A stretch of 64,000 bases of DNA from a bacterium CG_4_9_14_3_um_filter_65_15 (GTDB lineage: Bacteria; Krumholzibacteriota; Krumholzibacteriia; LZORAL124-64-63), in contig PFVX01000024.1 in the NCBI GenBank assembly GCA_002790835.1, positions 7,167 to 71,166 on the forward strand, in the 5' to 3' direction. The notes under the pieces are model-generated. The model had not been told where the DNA came from, did not search any database, and saw only the letters and a program-made list of their open reading frames with translations. Both the position numbers and the translations under genes were made by a program. Positions 37,028 through 46,438 of the stretch are shown here, piece after piece (the stretch's first letter is position 1; every line of letters starts with the position of its first letter).

Positions 37028-38449
37028 ATGCGATCAAGAACAAGAATTCTCTGGGGGACGGCCCTGGCTCTGACCTGCAGCCTTATGGCGGCTCAGATTC
37101 TCGCCGCAGAGGTCCCCGTCCTGCATTCCGACCGTTCGGACCTGCAGGAGGTCTACCTGACGGTTTACAACCAGAACCTGGCTCTGGTCAGGGAGGTCCG
37201 GGAAATCAACCTCCCGGCCGGAGACTTCTCCCTCGAATACCGGGAAGTCCCCTCGTCCATCCAGCCGGCGACCCTGCTGGTTGAGGCCGACCCCCGCACC
37301 AGGTTGACGCTCTACGACCAGAACTACGAGTATGACCTGATGACTCCCGATAAGATCCTGGAAAAGTATGTGGGGCGCGAGGTGTCCTGGATCCAGGAGG
37401 ACGGGTCGCGGATCACCGGGCGCCTGCTGGGCGTCAACGGTCGTCCGGTCTACCAGGTTGGTGAGGAGATCCTGTTCGGGGTCCCCGGTCGCCTGGCTCT
37501 TCCCGATTTGCCCCCCAACCTGCGGGCGCGGCCGACCCTGGTGTGGAATGCCCATGCCGGGCAGTCCGGCAAGACGCGGGTCGAGGCGTCCTACCTGACC
37601 GGCGGTTTGAATTGGCATTGCGACTACGTGTTGCAGCTCGACCGGGCCGGCACCTCGGCGGGCATGCAAGCCTGGGTGACGCTTGACAATCAATGCGGAA
37701 CGGGCTTTGACGGAGCCACACTCCAGCTCGTAGCCGGGGATATCAACCGCGCCACCCAGGATCGGGCCCGACCGATGGATATGGGATTTGCCGTGAAATC
37801 CTTGGCCGGAGCACCGCCGAGCTTCCAGGAGGAGAGCCTTTACGACTACCATCTGTACACCCTGGACCGGCCGACCGATCTGAAGGACAAACAGACCAAG
37901 CAGGTCTCCCTCTTCGACCGCAGCGGAATCAAGGTGAGTCGGCGCTACCTTCTGCAGGGTAATCCCCGCTTTTTCCGGGGTTACGACCAGCTTCAGGACT
38001 ACGGCAAGATCAAGGTGATCTACAGCTTCGAAAATGCCGAGGACAACCGACTGGGGATGCCCATGCCGGCGGGAGTGGTGCGGATCTACGGCCTGTCGTC
38101 TTCGGGTGGCAGGCAGCTCCTCGGTGAGGATCGGATCGATCATACGCCGCAGGATGAGACCGTCGACCTGACCGTGGGCACGGCGTTCGACATCGTCGCC
38201 GAGCGGGTGCGCGAAAGTGTCGAAAAGGTGAGCGACCGGATCACGCGCAACACCAATCGCGTGACCCTGCGCAACCACAAGGACGAGGATATCGTCGTCG
38301 ACGTGCGCGAACCGGTCGGGGGCCAATGGGAAGTCTTGGAGAGCACTTTCCCCGCCAAGAGGATCAGCGCCTCGGAGTTGGGCTTTTCCGTTCCGGTCAA
38401 AGCAGGCAAGGAGGCGGTGTTGAAGTACCGGGTGGAAGTGCGGTACTGA
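37028..38449 (+). CDS. DUF4139/DUF4140-domain protein (mucoidy-inhibitor MuiA-like family), secreted
   Basis: Signal peptide MRSRTRILWGTALALTCSLMAAQILA; N-terminal VYLTVYNQNLALVREVREINLPAGD... resembles the DUF4140 start, and the long C-terminal beta-rich region resembles DUF4139. ATG 37028 with RBS gaggagggg. Confidence 0.55.
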   Translation: MRSRTRILWGTALALTCSLMAAQILAAEVPVLHSDRSDLQEVYLTVYNQNLALVREVREINLPAGDFSLEYREVPSSIQPATLLVEADPRTRLTLYDQNYEYDLMTPDKILEKYVGREVSWIQEDGSRITGRLLGVNGRPVYQVGEEILFGVPGRLALPDLPPNLRARPTLVWNAHAGQSGKTRVEASYLTGGLNWHCDYVLQLDRAGTSAGMQAWVTLDNQCGTGFDGATLQLVAGDINRATQDRARPMDMGFAVKSLAGAPPSFQEESLYDYHLYTLDRPTDLKDKQTKQVSLFDRSGIKVSRRYLLQGNPRFFRGYDQLQDYGKIKVIYSFENAEDNRLGMPMPAGVVRIYGLSSSGGRQLLGEDRIDHTPQDETVDLTVGTAFDIVAERVRESVEKVSDRITRNTNRVTLRNHKDEDIVVDVREPVGGQWEVLESTFPAKRISASELGFSVPVKAGKEAVLKYRVEVRY

Positions 38450-38474
38450 TGATGTGTGCGGTACTGATGATGTC
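38439..38474. repeat. 18-bp tandem direct repeat (TGCGGTACTGATGATGTG / ...TC) spanning the stop codons of two convergent genes
   Basis: Read directly: two adjacent copies, 17/18 identical. Copy 1 contains the TGA of the DUF4139 gene, and copy 2 abuts the TAG (reverse strand) of the TPR-membrane gene. Confidence 0.6.
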
Positions 38475-40654
38475 TAGCGGCCGCGCAGCTGCCTGAGTCG
38501 GTTGCGCAACCCCGGGTCCTGGGGCCTGAGGGCCACGGCCTTTTCCAGAGCGGCGATCGCTGAAGGGCGGTCGCCGTTCTGCATCTGGGCCACGCCCAGA
38601 TTGGCCCAACCCTGGAAGTCGTCGGGGTCGAGGGCCACCGCGCGACGAAACCAGGTTACGGCACCCGGGGCATCGCCGAGATTCAGGGCGCAAACACCGG
38701 CGTTGAGCATCGAACCCGATTGGCGGGGATTGACCTCCACGGCGGCGGCGAAATGCCGGGCGGCGGCCGGGAAATCGCCCTTGGCCATTTCCCGATTTCC
38801 CAGGTTGTGCAACAGACCGGGATGGTCGGGACGCCGACTCAGCCCCTCCTGGAGAATCGTCGCGGACTGGGCGGGGAGGCCGGCCAACTCGGCCAGGCGG
38901 GAGGCGGCCAGGAAGAGATCCGCCGCCCTTGCCGCGCGCGCGCAGGAGCGGGCGGATTCCCGGGCAGAGGAAACGGCCCGGCCGAGAACGTCGCCTGAGG
39001 GGGGCGGGGAATTCTTCACCCACAGCATCCCGCCCGGACCGGCCGCCTGCAGGGACCAATCCTGCTCGTTCTGGAGGGAGCCGGCCAGACCATCGGCCGC
39101 GCCGCTGCCCTGGGCCAGACAGACCGCCGTGACCCGCTGCCGGTCCAGTTCCGCCAGGGCCCCGGTCCCACCCTGCTTGATCAGGTTGTAGGTGTTCCAG
39201 GTCGCAGCCGGAAACAGCTCGGTCCTGCCGTCGATGAACAGGGGGTTCGCGGTCCGGGCGATCACGAAGGCGGCGGCATCGAGGTTGGCGAAGGTTCGCT
39301 GGGGCTTTTGCCCTGCCAGGGCAGCGGTGGCGTCGATCGGATAAACCGCGGGGGTCAAGCCGCCTCCGAACCGTCGGCCCACGCCTTCGCGGAGGTAAAA
39401 ATCGTCGTGGATAATGCCGGGCCACCACACCAACAACGCGCCCAGCGCCGCTGCCAGGGGCAGCAAGGTCAGGGTCCGGGAGACCGCACGGGCGTGCAGG
39501 ATTCTGCGGATCGGTTGCGGCGGCCCGCCCCAGTCACCGCCGGGAAGCAGCATGAAGGCCACCGCCGCGAAGCCCAGGTTGCGGGCGCTGAACCACGCCG
39601 CCCAGGCGGCGGCGAAGAACACGAGGCTGCGCAGGATGTTGGGGCGCGGCCAGGCCAGCAGGATCCGACCGAGTCCCCAGAGTACGGCCACCTTGAACAG
39701 CAGGATGGTGGTGAATAGGCTTTGCGGCGACCGGGCCAGGGGGACCAGTTCACTGATGGTTCCGCGGAGATCCGCGCCATGGCCCGTGAATTGGCCGATG
39801 ACGGTGAAGGGATAGACCCAGCCCCGCCAACCTGCCGGAGTCAGGCCCAGGGCAAGCCAGCAAAACGCGAGGGTGGTTGCCCAGCGCCGCCAGTCGAAGG
39901 GTTGCCGGTTTCGGTTCAGCTTGGCCTGAAGCGGGAACAGGATTCCCGCCAGCAAAACCAGCAGGGGAACCAGCACCGCAAATCCGTGGAACTGGGCCCA
40001 GACGAGAGCAAGCCACGACACGCGCCCGCATTCGTGGCCCGGGTGGAGATAACTGCGCCAGCCGGGACGTCGGCCCGGCGGAGCTTGCATACATTTCTCG
40101 ATGGCGGGGATGGTCAGCACCAGCATGAGGTAGGAGATCAGCTCCGGCCGGATGGTCAGGCGGGGCCACAACAACCCCAGGCCCAGGAGCTGGGCCGGCA
40201 GGGTCCAGGCGTCAGCCAGGTGGGACCGGCTCTGTGTGGGGCGGACCAGCAGGGTCGTCAGGACAAGGACCAGGGCCAGCCGCAGGGTATTCCAGCCGGC
40301 CGCAAGAGTCGCCGGGTCGGTGGGGGCATTGGCGAGAGCGGTCGCCAGCTTCCCGACCCCCGCGATCAGGACCTGGAATAGCCACTCGTGATCAAACCAG
40401 GGGACGCCGGCTGCGCTGAAGGTGAAGAGGTTGGATTGGGGAAAGCGCCCGGCGAGAATTTCTCCCCCCACACGCCAATGGAGCCAGATGTCCAGGTCCC
40501 CCAGGGAATGCCAGGCCAGGAGGAGGGCCGTCACCAGGAGGGGCAGGCGGCTCCCCAGACGCGCCCAGCGCATCCCGCCGGAACCGACGCCTGTCGGGGG
40601 CCCGGGGAGATCCGTGTTTTCGGATGGTTCATTCATGGGGTGCCAATTTATCAT
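38474..40654 (-). CDS. Polytopic membrane protein (GT-C / protein-O-mannosyltransferase-like, DUF2723-type) with a C-terminal TPR-repeat domain
   Basis: 726 aa. The N-terminal ~300 residues hold many hydrophobic segments with Trp/Arg-rich loops; the C-terminal ~200 aa contain clear TPR units (HNLGNREMAKGDFPAAARHFAAAVEVNP; GWANLGVAQMQNGDRPSAIAALEKAVALRP). Family assignment is by architecture only. Confidence 0.5.
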   Translation of the reverse strand: MINWHPMNEPSENTDLPGPPTGVGSGGMRWARLGSRLPLLVTALLLAWHSLGDLDIWLHWRVGGEILAGRFPQSNLFTFSAAGVPWFDHEWLFQVLIAGVGKLATALANAPTDPATLAAGWNTLRLALVLVLTTLLVRPTQSRSHLADAWTLPAQLLGLGLLWPRLTIRPELISYLMLVLTIPAIEKCMQAPPGRRPGWRSYLHPGHECGRVSWLALVWAQFHGFAVLVPLLVLLAGILFPLQAKLNRNRQPFDWRRWATTLAFCWLALGLTPAGWRGWVYPFTVIGQFTGHGADLRGTISELVPLARSPQSLFTTILLFKVAVLWGLGRILLAWPRPNILRSLVFFAAAWAAWFSARNLGFAAVAFMLLPGGDWGGPPQPIRRILHARAVSRTLTLLPLAAALGALLVWWPGIIHDDFYLREGVGRRFGGGLTPAVYPIDATAALAGQKPQRTFANLDAAAFVIARTANPLFIDGRTELFPAATWNTYNLIKQGGTGALAELDRQRVTAVCLAQGSGAADGLAGSLQNEQDWSLQAAGPGGMLWVKNSPPPSGDVLGRAVSSARESARSCARAARAADLFLAASRLAELAGLPAQSATILQEGLSRRPDHPGLLHNLGNREMAKGDFPAAARHFAAAVEVNPRQSGSMLNAGVCALNLGDAPGAVTWFRRAVALDPDDFQGWANLGVAQMQNGDRPSAIAALEKAVALRPQDPGLRNRLRQLRGR

Positions 40655-40940
40655 TGGTCACCGGCAACGCGAACATCAAAAAAGAATTTGACAACCTGAC
40701 CTCGTGAACAGCCCCGCTTTTGTCAAAATGTCAAAACCGGCTCCTGTTTGAGTGGGTGGGAGGATCCCGCGCCGATGTTGGCAAATTAACATTAGTGTTT
40801 GCAATGGGTTGTAACGGTCAAGAAATGTCAGAATTGGGTGAGGGCGTGGTATGGGAATTGTAATTAGGGAAGCAAAGCAACCCCACCGGCAACGGGAATT
40901 TCTGGGGGAATTGCAAAAACCCCCGGGAAGGAAGGTCGAA

Positions 40941-41894
40941 ATGGCCAAGGTTGGAAAGAACCCCGCAGCCCGCAAAGTGCGCAAGGCTGCCAAGACTCCC
41001 CACGGCAAGAGTGCCAAGTCTGCGCGCAACCAGCGCAGCACGGTGCCTGCGGCCCAGTTGATGAGCAACCTGGACCTGTATTTCCAGGAAGTGAAGACCT
41101 ACTCCCTGTTGACCAGGGACGAGGAATGCGAACTGGCCCGCGGTATCCATAGCAACGACAGCGAAAGCCTGCACAAGCTGGTCAAGGCCAATCTGCGTTT
41201 CGTCGTGTCCATCGCCAAGGAATACGCCCACTACGGTGTGCCCCTGGAAGACCTGATCAACGAAGGCAACCTGGGGCTGCTCAAGGCCGCCCAGCGTTTC
41301 GACGAGACCCGTGGCTACAAGTTCATCTCCTATGCGGTGTGGTGGATTCGTCAGTCCATCCTGGCTTCCCTGGCCAACCACAGCAAGATCGTGCGCATGC
41401 CCCTGAATCGGGCCCGCGTGCTCAACCAGATCAAGAAGGCAAGCGGTGAGCTGCAGCAGAAACTGCGCCGCAAGCCCGAGCCCGAAGAGATCGCCGCCAA
41501 GCTGGGACTGTCCATCGACGAGGTGAAAGATACCCTGCCGCTGATGCAGGACAATTTCTTCCTCGACGACTTCGTCGGCAATGACGAGGACAGCACCTAC
41601 ATGGACTTCCTGGAGGACACCACCAGCGAGGGTCCGGACTGCAAGGTCATGGACGACGACCTGAACCGGAGCATCGACCGCATGCTGTGTGACCTGAAGG
41701 AGCGCGAGGCCAAGGTTCTGAAGCTCTACTACGGCCTGGGCAGCGATCGGGAAATGACCCTGGAGGAGATCGGTAAGATCATGGGGTTGACCCGGGAACG
41801 CATCCGGCAGATCAAGGAAGAGGCCTTCGAGAAGATCCGCACCAGCAAGGCCTTCCGCTACATGCACGATTATGCCGAGGACACGCGAATCTGA
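40941..41894 (+). CDS. RNA polymerase sigma factor, sigma-70 (RpoD/SigA) family
   Basis: Region 1.2/2 (LLTRDEECELARGI...LVKANLRFVVSIAKEY...EDLINEGNLGLLKAAQRFD...FISYAVWWIRQSI), region 3 and region 4 (LTLEEIGKIMGLTRERIRQI) are present. ATG 40941 with RBS gggaaggaagg. At 317 aa with a short region 1 it is a compact primary-like sigma factor. Confidence 0.85.
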   Translation: MAKVGKNPAARKVRKAAKTPHGKSAKSARNQRSTVPAAQLMSNLDLYFQEVKTYSLLTRDEECELARGIHSNDSESLHKLVKANLRFVVSIAKEYAHYGVPLEDLINEGNLGLLKAAQRFDETRGYKFISYAVWWIRQSILASLANHSKIVRMPLNRARVLNQIKKASGELQQKLRRKPEPEEIAAKLGLSIDEVKDTLPLMQDNFFLDDFVGNDEDSTYMDFLEDTTSEGPDCKVMDDDLNRSIDRMLCDLKEREAKVLKLYYGLGSDREMTLEEIGKIMGLTRERIRQIKEEAFEKIRTSKAFRYMHDYAEDTRI

Positions 41895-41948
41895 TCCGAT
41901 GTCCCGAACGGCGAACGAAGAGCGGCCCCGGTTTTACCGGGGCCGTTT

Positions 41949-42599
41949 TTATGCCCGGTCTTCAGGAAATTCCCGGGGTACGACGGAGCCGGCGGTCGCT
42001 TCACGGACCATGGCCAAAAATTTTGGATACTGGGAGTGGGGCAGCCAGATCCGCCAGCTGATCTGCTCGGTGTAGGATTCGTCCCGGATCCGGCCGCGGC
42101 ATTGTTGCAGCAGATAGTCCAGGGTCTTGCGCTGGTCATAGGGGAAATCCAGGGCCAGGTCGCGGCCGAGCCGAACCACGCGTGTGCCCGCTTGCTCGAG
42201 GACCGTACCGGCGGCTTCACCATAGGCCCGGGAAAGTCCTCCGGTGCCCAACTTGATACCGCCGAAGTACCGCACCACCACGACCACCGCGTCGCTTACG
42301 TCGACCTTGCGCAGGGCCGCCAGAATGGGTTCGCCCGCCGTGCCTGAAGGTTCGCCGGCATCGCTGCGGTTCTCGGTGATCGCCGTGCCGTGGCCCAGGC
42401 GCCAGCCGAAGCAGACATGGCGGGCGTCATGGTAGCGCTTTTCCTGGACCTCGACCCAGGAGCGGACGGCGGTCGCCTCGCAGACCGGGGCGACGAGTCC
42501 GATGAAACGGGAACGTTTGATCTTCACCTCGCAAGCGGCTTCGCCGGCGACGGTGAGGAAGAAATCTTCCGGTGGAAGGGGAGGTCGGGGGTCGCACAT
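41949..42599 (-). CDS. yigZ: YigZ/IMPACT family protein (UPF0029)
   Basis: KRSRFIGLVAPV...DAGEPSGTAGEPIL...VVVVVRYFGGIKLGTGGL are YigZ N-domain motifs; 216 aa. Confidence 0.8.
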   Translation of the reverse strand: MCDPRPPLPPEDFFLTVAGEAACEVKIKRSRFIGLVAPVCEATAVRSWVEVQEKRYHDARHVCFGWRLGHGTAITENRSDAGEPSGTAGEPILAALRKVDVSDAVVVVVRYFGGIKLGTGGLSRAYGEAAGTVLEQAGTRVVRLGRDLALDFPYDQRKTLDYLLQQCRGRIRDESYTEQISWRIWLPHSQYPKFLAMVREATAGSVVPREFPEDRA

Positions 42600-42800
42600 G
42601 GCCTTTTCCGTTGCCCATTATTCAACCAGGACGGTGTTGGCGTATCTGCCCCACCGGCCTGGGGTGGGCGCCAACGACATTGCAAGGATAATACAACCTC
42701 TTGCCGTGTAAGGCAATATGAGTCCGGCGGGGAGTGGTCAACTCTGGCATCGCCCTTGCAAATCCAGCCCCGGCTTGCATCACCCAACCAGGAGACGACC

Positions 42801-43457
42801 ATGGACACCCAGGCTCTGCGCATTCGCCTCGACAGGATTATCCTGCCGGCCCTGCCGGCCCTGCTGTCTCTGGTGGCCTTGGTGGGCCTCTTGCCGGGTT
42901 CGGCCCAGGGCAGCCCGCGAGAGAACCCCCGACTGTCCCTGCCGCGTTCGGGCCTCGGCCTGGATCCCGATTGTCCCGTCTATCTGCTCGGCCGGGTGGG
43001 CGCCGGAGGGGCCTTTTCCAACTCGAACGGCCAGTTCGGCTATGGCGGAGCCGTGGTATTTCATCCCGGCCAGGCGGCCAACTTCCTGGAATTTCTGGGC
43101 CAGTGGAATGCCGGGCTGGTTCTTCAGGTGGATTACCAGGAACTCTACACCCATTACCGGATCCGTAGCGGGGATCTCGTCGTGCGGCGTTACCTCGGCG
43201 CCGTGGACTCCGAGGACGCCGGCCGGGTCTTCTTCGTGGAAGCGGGGATCGGCATCAGCGAGATCAGCTTTGCCGAGGGTGAACAGCGGGGCACGCAGAT
43301 CGGTTGGGCCCCTTTGGGGGGGGTGGGCTTTGAATGGCCCATCGGGGACAAGTATCTGTGCGAGTTGCGGGGGCAGTACCTTCAATACAAGCGCCAGGGA
43401 CACGATTACATCAACTGGTCGGCGCGTCTGGGGCTGGGCATTCCGTTGCCCTGGTAA
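42801..43457 (+). CDS. Small outer-membrane beta-barrel protein (OmpW/PorT-like size class)
   Basis: Signal peptide MDTQALRIRLDRIILPALPALLSLVALVGLLPGSAQG; alternating-hydrophobic beta-strand pattern; ends in an aromatic residue (…LGIPLPW). ATG 42801 with RBS aggagacgacc. Confidence 0.55.
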   Translation: MDTQALRIRLDRIILPALPALLSLVALVGLLPGSAQGSPRENPRLSLPRSGLGLDPDCPVYLLGRVGAGGAFSNSNGQFGYGGAVVFHPGQAANFLEFLGQWNAGLVLQVDYQELYTHYRIRSGDLVVRRYLGAVDSEDAGRVFFVEAGIGISEISFAEGEQRGTQIGWAPLGGVGFEWPIGDKYLCELRGQYLQYKRQGHDYINWSARLGLGIPLPW

Positions 43458-43563
43458 CACCGGGATCGGGTCCGATCCGGACGGGATTTCGCGGGACGCG
43501 CGCGGCGATTTGGGCTATATTCCCTCTCACCCCTGCTCCTTCTTTTGAACCACGAGGTTGACC

Positions 43564-44367
43564 ATGTTTGTGACCCGTTTCCTGTGTATCGCCATCCTGT
43601 GCCTCATGTCGTGTTTCGTGGCGGTGAGTTCGCTGGGGGCCCCACCGACAGGAGAACTTTCCTATAGCCAGTACCATGATCTGTCCCGCACCGCCCAGCG
43701 GCTGAATCATATGGTCCAGTTCGAACCCCTGGATGGGGAAGCGGGGATGAATTTCGTCATCGCCGAACGCTTCGGCACCGTCCATGTCATCAAACTCACG
43801 GCCCGCGGCGTGCAGGAAGTCTGGAAGAGCAAGACCTTGTCCGGCGCACCGGAGGAGGTCCTGGTGGTGGACCTGGCGGGTGACGGCCTCGATGACGCGT
43901 TGCTGTGCCGCACCGCCGGCGGCATGGTGTACGCGTGGAGTCTGGATGGTTTCGCGTTACTTTGGGAGACGCTCACGGGTGAGTACACGCAGATTCCCTG
44001 CTTCACCACGGGCCATCTGGACGACGACCCGCAATCCGAAATCGTCATGATCGCCGATGGCCGGCTCGTCCAGGTGGACGGGTCCAGTTTCTCCAAGGAG
44101 AACACGAGTATCGACGAGTACTCCGCCACCCAGATCCGGTGCGGTGATGTGGACGGGGACGGGAGCAACGAGGTGGTTCTGAACACCGGCAAGGTGCTCG
44201 ACCCCATCAGCGGCAACGTGGAATGGGAAGACGAGAATTTCTTCAGCCGGATCGAACTGCTGGATATCGACGGTGATGGGATGGTCGAGATCCTCACCGA
44301 AAACGAAACCGGTGGATTGATCAAGGTGTTCGACGTCGACCGTCGCAGCGAAGTGCGGTTCCAGTAG
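43564..44367 (+). CDS. Secreted FG-GAP/VCBS-repeat (beta-propeller) protein
   Basis: Signal peptide MFVTRFLCIAILCLMSCFVAVSS; repeated Ca-binding-like DxDGDG motifs (DLAGDGLDD, GDVDGDGSNE, DIDGDGMVE) characteristic of FG-GAP repeats. Confidence 0.6.
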   Translation: MFVTRFLCIAILCLMSCFVAVSSLGAPPTGELSYSQYHDLSRTAQRLNHMVQFEPLDGEAGMNFVIAERFGTVHVIKLTARGVQEVWKSKTLSGAPEEVLVVDLAGDGLDDALLCRTAGGMVYAWSLDGFALLWETLTGEYTQIPCFTTGHLDDDPQSEIVMIADGRLVQVDGSSFSKENTSIDEYSATQIRCGDVDGDGSNEVVLNTGKVLDPISGNVEWEDENFFSRIELLDIDGDGMVEILTENETGGLIKVFDVDRRSEVRFQ

Positions 44368-44434
44368 GATTGAAGTGGCGAGGGATCCAGGCCGTCGGCG
44401 CTGAGCGCCGGCGGCCTGTTCCGTTTCGGGCGTC

Positions 44435-46261
44435 TCAGCGCACCTTCTGAAGAGTGTCCAGCATCTTGTCGGCCTCCTGGAAGCCGGTGCTGAGGCCGTC
44501 GAGTATCTTGCCGCGGCTGTCGATGAACACGACACGCGGCAGGCCGGGGACCTTCAACTCCTCCTTGATGGCCGTCATCTCGTCGTCGTCCGGGGCGGTG
44601 GCGTCGACCTTGATCGTGACGAACCGTGCCGCTTCGGCCGCCACCGCCGGGTCATGCCACACGAGCTTATCCAGCTTCTTGCAGTAGACGCACCAGCTGG
44701 CCCAGAAATCGATGAGCATGGGTTTGCCTGCGGCCTTGGCCTCGGCCCGCTTGGCAGTCAGAAAGTCCTGGGCCCCGGGTCCGGACTGCACCACGGTGAA
44801 TTCGATCTCCCGCGGAGCGGAAACTGATTCGGCGGATCCGGTGCCCCGTGTTTGATCCGTAGGGGTGACCCGAACCGTTTCCGCTGTCTGCAAGGCGTCC
44901 TGGACCGGCAGGAGGGACGGCAAATCGAAGTGTAGGGAAAACCCGATGAGCAGGATGATCAGGCCGGCGGTCAGGGTGCAGAGGCCGAGACCCTTGCGGG
45001 TCTTGGCCCACCAGCCGGTCTCGGGGGTGACGCTGTCGAAGGCGCCCATGAAGACGGCCACCAGCACCGTGGTTATTCCCAGCAGCGGATAGAAGAACGT
45101 CGCGGGCAACACGGCCCCGGGGCGGACGAAGTAGAAGGCCATGGCCAGCAGGATCAGCCCCATGCCGTTGCGGACGGTGACCATCCAGCCACCGCTCGAA
45201 GGCATGCTGCCCATCAAGCTGGGGAAGGTGCCCACCCCGATCAGCAGCATTCCCATCCCGATACCGAAGGTGAACAGGGAGAAGAAACCCAGCATTACGT
45301 TTCCGGTCGTGGCCACCCACACCAGCAAGGCGGCGAGGAAGGGGCCGACACAGGGCGAGGCCACCAACCCGGCGACCATGCCCATGACCAGCACGCCCAG
45401 CAGGTTTCCGCCCTGGCCGCCGCCTGTCTTCTGCAGCCGGTCGCGCAGAAAAGCCGGGGCCTCCAGCTCGTAGGCTCCGAACATGCTCAGGGCCAGACCG
45501 GCCATGAGCAGGGCGATGGGCACCAGCACATAGGGGCTCTGCATGAAGGCGGTGATGCCGCTGAAAACCGTGGCGCTCAAGGCGCCCAGGATGGCGTAGA
45601 CCAAGGCCATGCCGACCACGTAAGTCACCGAGAGCATGAGGCCGTGGGCGGGACCCTTGTCCTGGGTGCGGGCTCCGATCACGGCCAGGGTGATGGGGAT
45701 CATGGGGTAGATGCAGGGGGAGAGGCTCATGAGCAGGCCGAAACCGAACACGGCCGCCAGGAAGAGTCCCAACCCTTTGCGCTCGATGTACGAGGAGATC
45801 TTGTCGGCTGTCCAGTCACTTCCATAATCCACGGGGACGGACCCGGTCCAGGTCAGGCGGACGGGGCTGCCGTCGCTCCAATTCCCCGTGAAGACGACAT
45901 GCAACTCACGTGGCCCAACTTCGGCACCGGACGGAACCGGGGCGGTCCACCGGAGCGTGGTGGTCGAACCCGGGCCCGAGGGGGGTTCGAGGATTTCCAC
46001 AGGGTAGGCCTCGTCAAGGAACGGTCCACCGTTTCCCGACACCTGAAGATCCCATGTGCCGGGCGCCAGGCTCTGGCCGGTCGGGGGAGTCACGGTGACC
46101 TCCATCTGGAGGTTTTGCCCGATTGTCGCCAGGCCATCACCGATGGAAACGGCAAGAGCCCCGCCCGCGGTCTGGGCGTCGGTGGGAATCGCCAGACCCA
46201 ACAGGAGCAGGGTCAAGGTTACCCGGGCAAAGATGGGGAGGCATTTTCGTTCAATGTTCAC
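44435..46261 (-). CDS. dsbD: Thiol:disulfide interchange protein DsbD (N-terminal periplasmic domain, DsbD/CcdA transmembrane core, C-terminal thioredoxin domain)
   Basis: 608 aa; signal peptide; central polytopic region with the two TM Cys (LSPCIYPMIP and SPCVGPFL); C-terminal thioredoxin fold with WASWCVYCK. Confidence 0.88.
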   Translation of the reverse strand: MNIERKCLPIFARVTLTLLLLGLAIPTDAQTAGGALAVSIGDGLATIGQNLQMEVTVTPPTGQSLAPGTWDLQVSGNGGPFLDEAYPVEILEPPSGPGSTTTLRWTAPVPSGAEVGPRELHVVFTGNWSDGSPVRLTWTGSVPVDYGSDWTADKISSYIERKGLGLFLAAVFGFGLLMSLSPCIYPMIPITLAVIGARTQDKGPAHGLMLSVTYVVGMALVYAILGALSATVFSGITAFMQSPYVLVPIALLMAGLALSMFGAYELEAPAFLRDRLQKTGGGQGGNLLGVLVMGMVAGLVASPCVGPFLAALLVWVATTGNVMLGFFSLFTFGIGMGMLLIGVGTFPSLMGSMPSSGGWMVTVRNGMGLILLAMAFYFVRPGAVLPATFFYPLLGITTVLVAVFMGAFDSVTPETGWWAKTRKGLGLCTLTAGLIILLIGFSLHFDLPSLLPVQDALQTAETVRVTPTDQTRGTGSAESVSAPREIEFTVVQSGPGAQDFLTAKRAEAKAAGKPMLIDFWASWCVYCKKLDKLVWHDPAVAAEAARFVTIKVDATAPDDDEMTAIKEELKVPGLPRVVFIDSRGKILDGLSTGFQEADKMLDTLQKVR

Positions 46262-46438
46262 TGGCGCTCCATTTCAGCCGTCGGAAAGTTTCATGGACAG
46301 CATACGAAGGCTCGAACGAGGCACAAGTTCCCAATTCATGGGGCCGGTTCGGGCCGGGAGTGTTGCCGGAATGCGCGGATGTTACCATATTGCCGCAGAC
46401 CAACAAGTCTCTTCAGGATCGTCGGGAAAGGAAGCGCC

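Noticed and set aside
40760-40790. Sigma-54 (-24/-12) promoter candidate TGGCAaattaacattagtgtTTGCA upstream of the sigma-factor gene.
   Set aside because: The GG and GC elements are 21 nt apart instead of the required 10, so it is not a functional -24/-12 promoter.
43564-44367. FG-GAP protein as T9SS cargo.
   Set aside because: The C-terminal about 80 residues do not show the conserved type A or type B CTD pattern on inspection. It is left as a possibility only in the findings.
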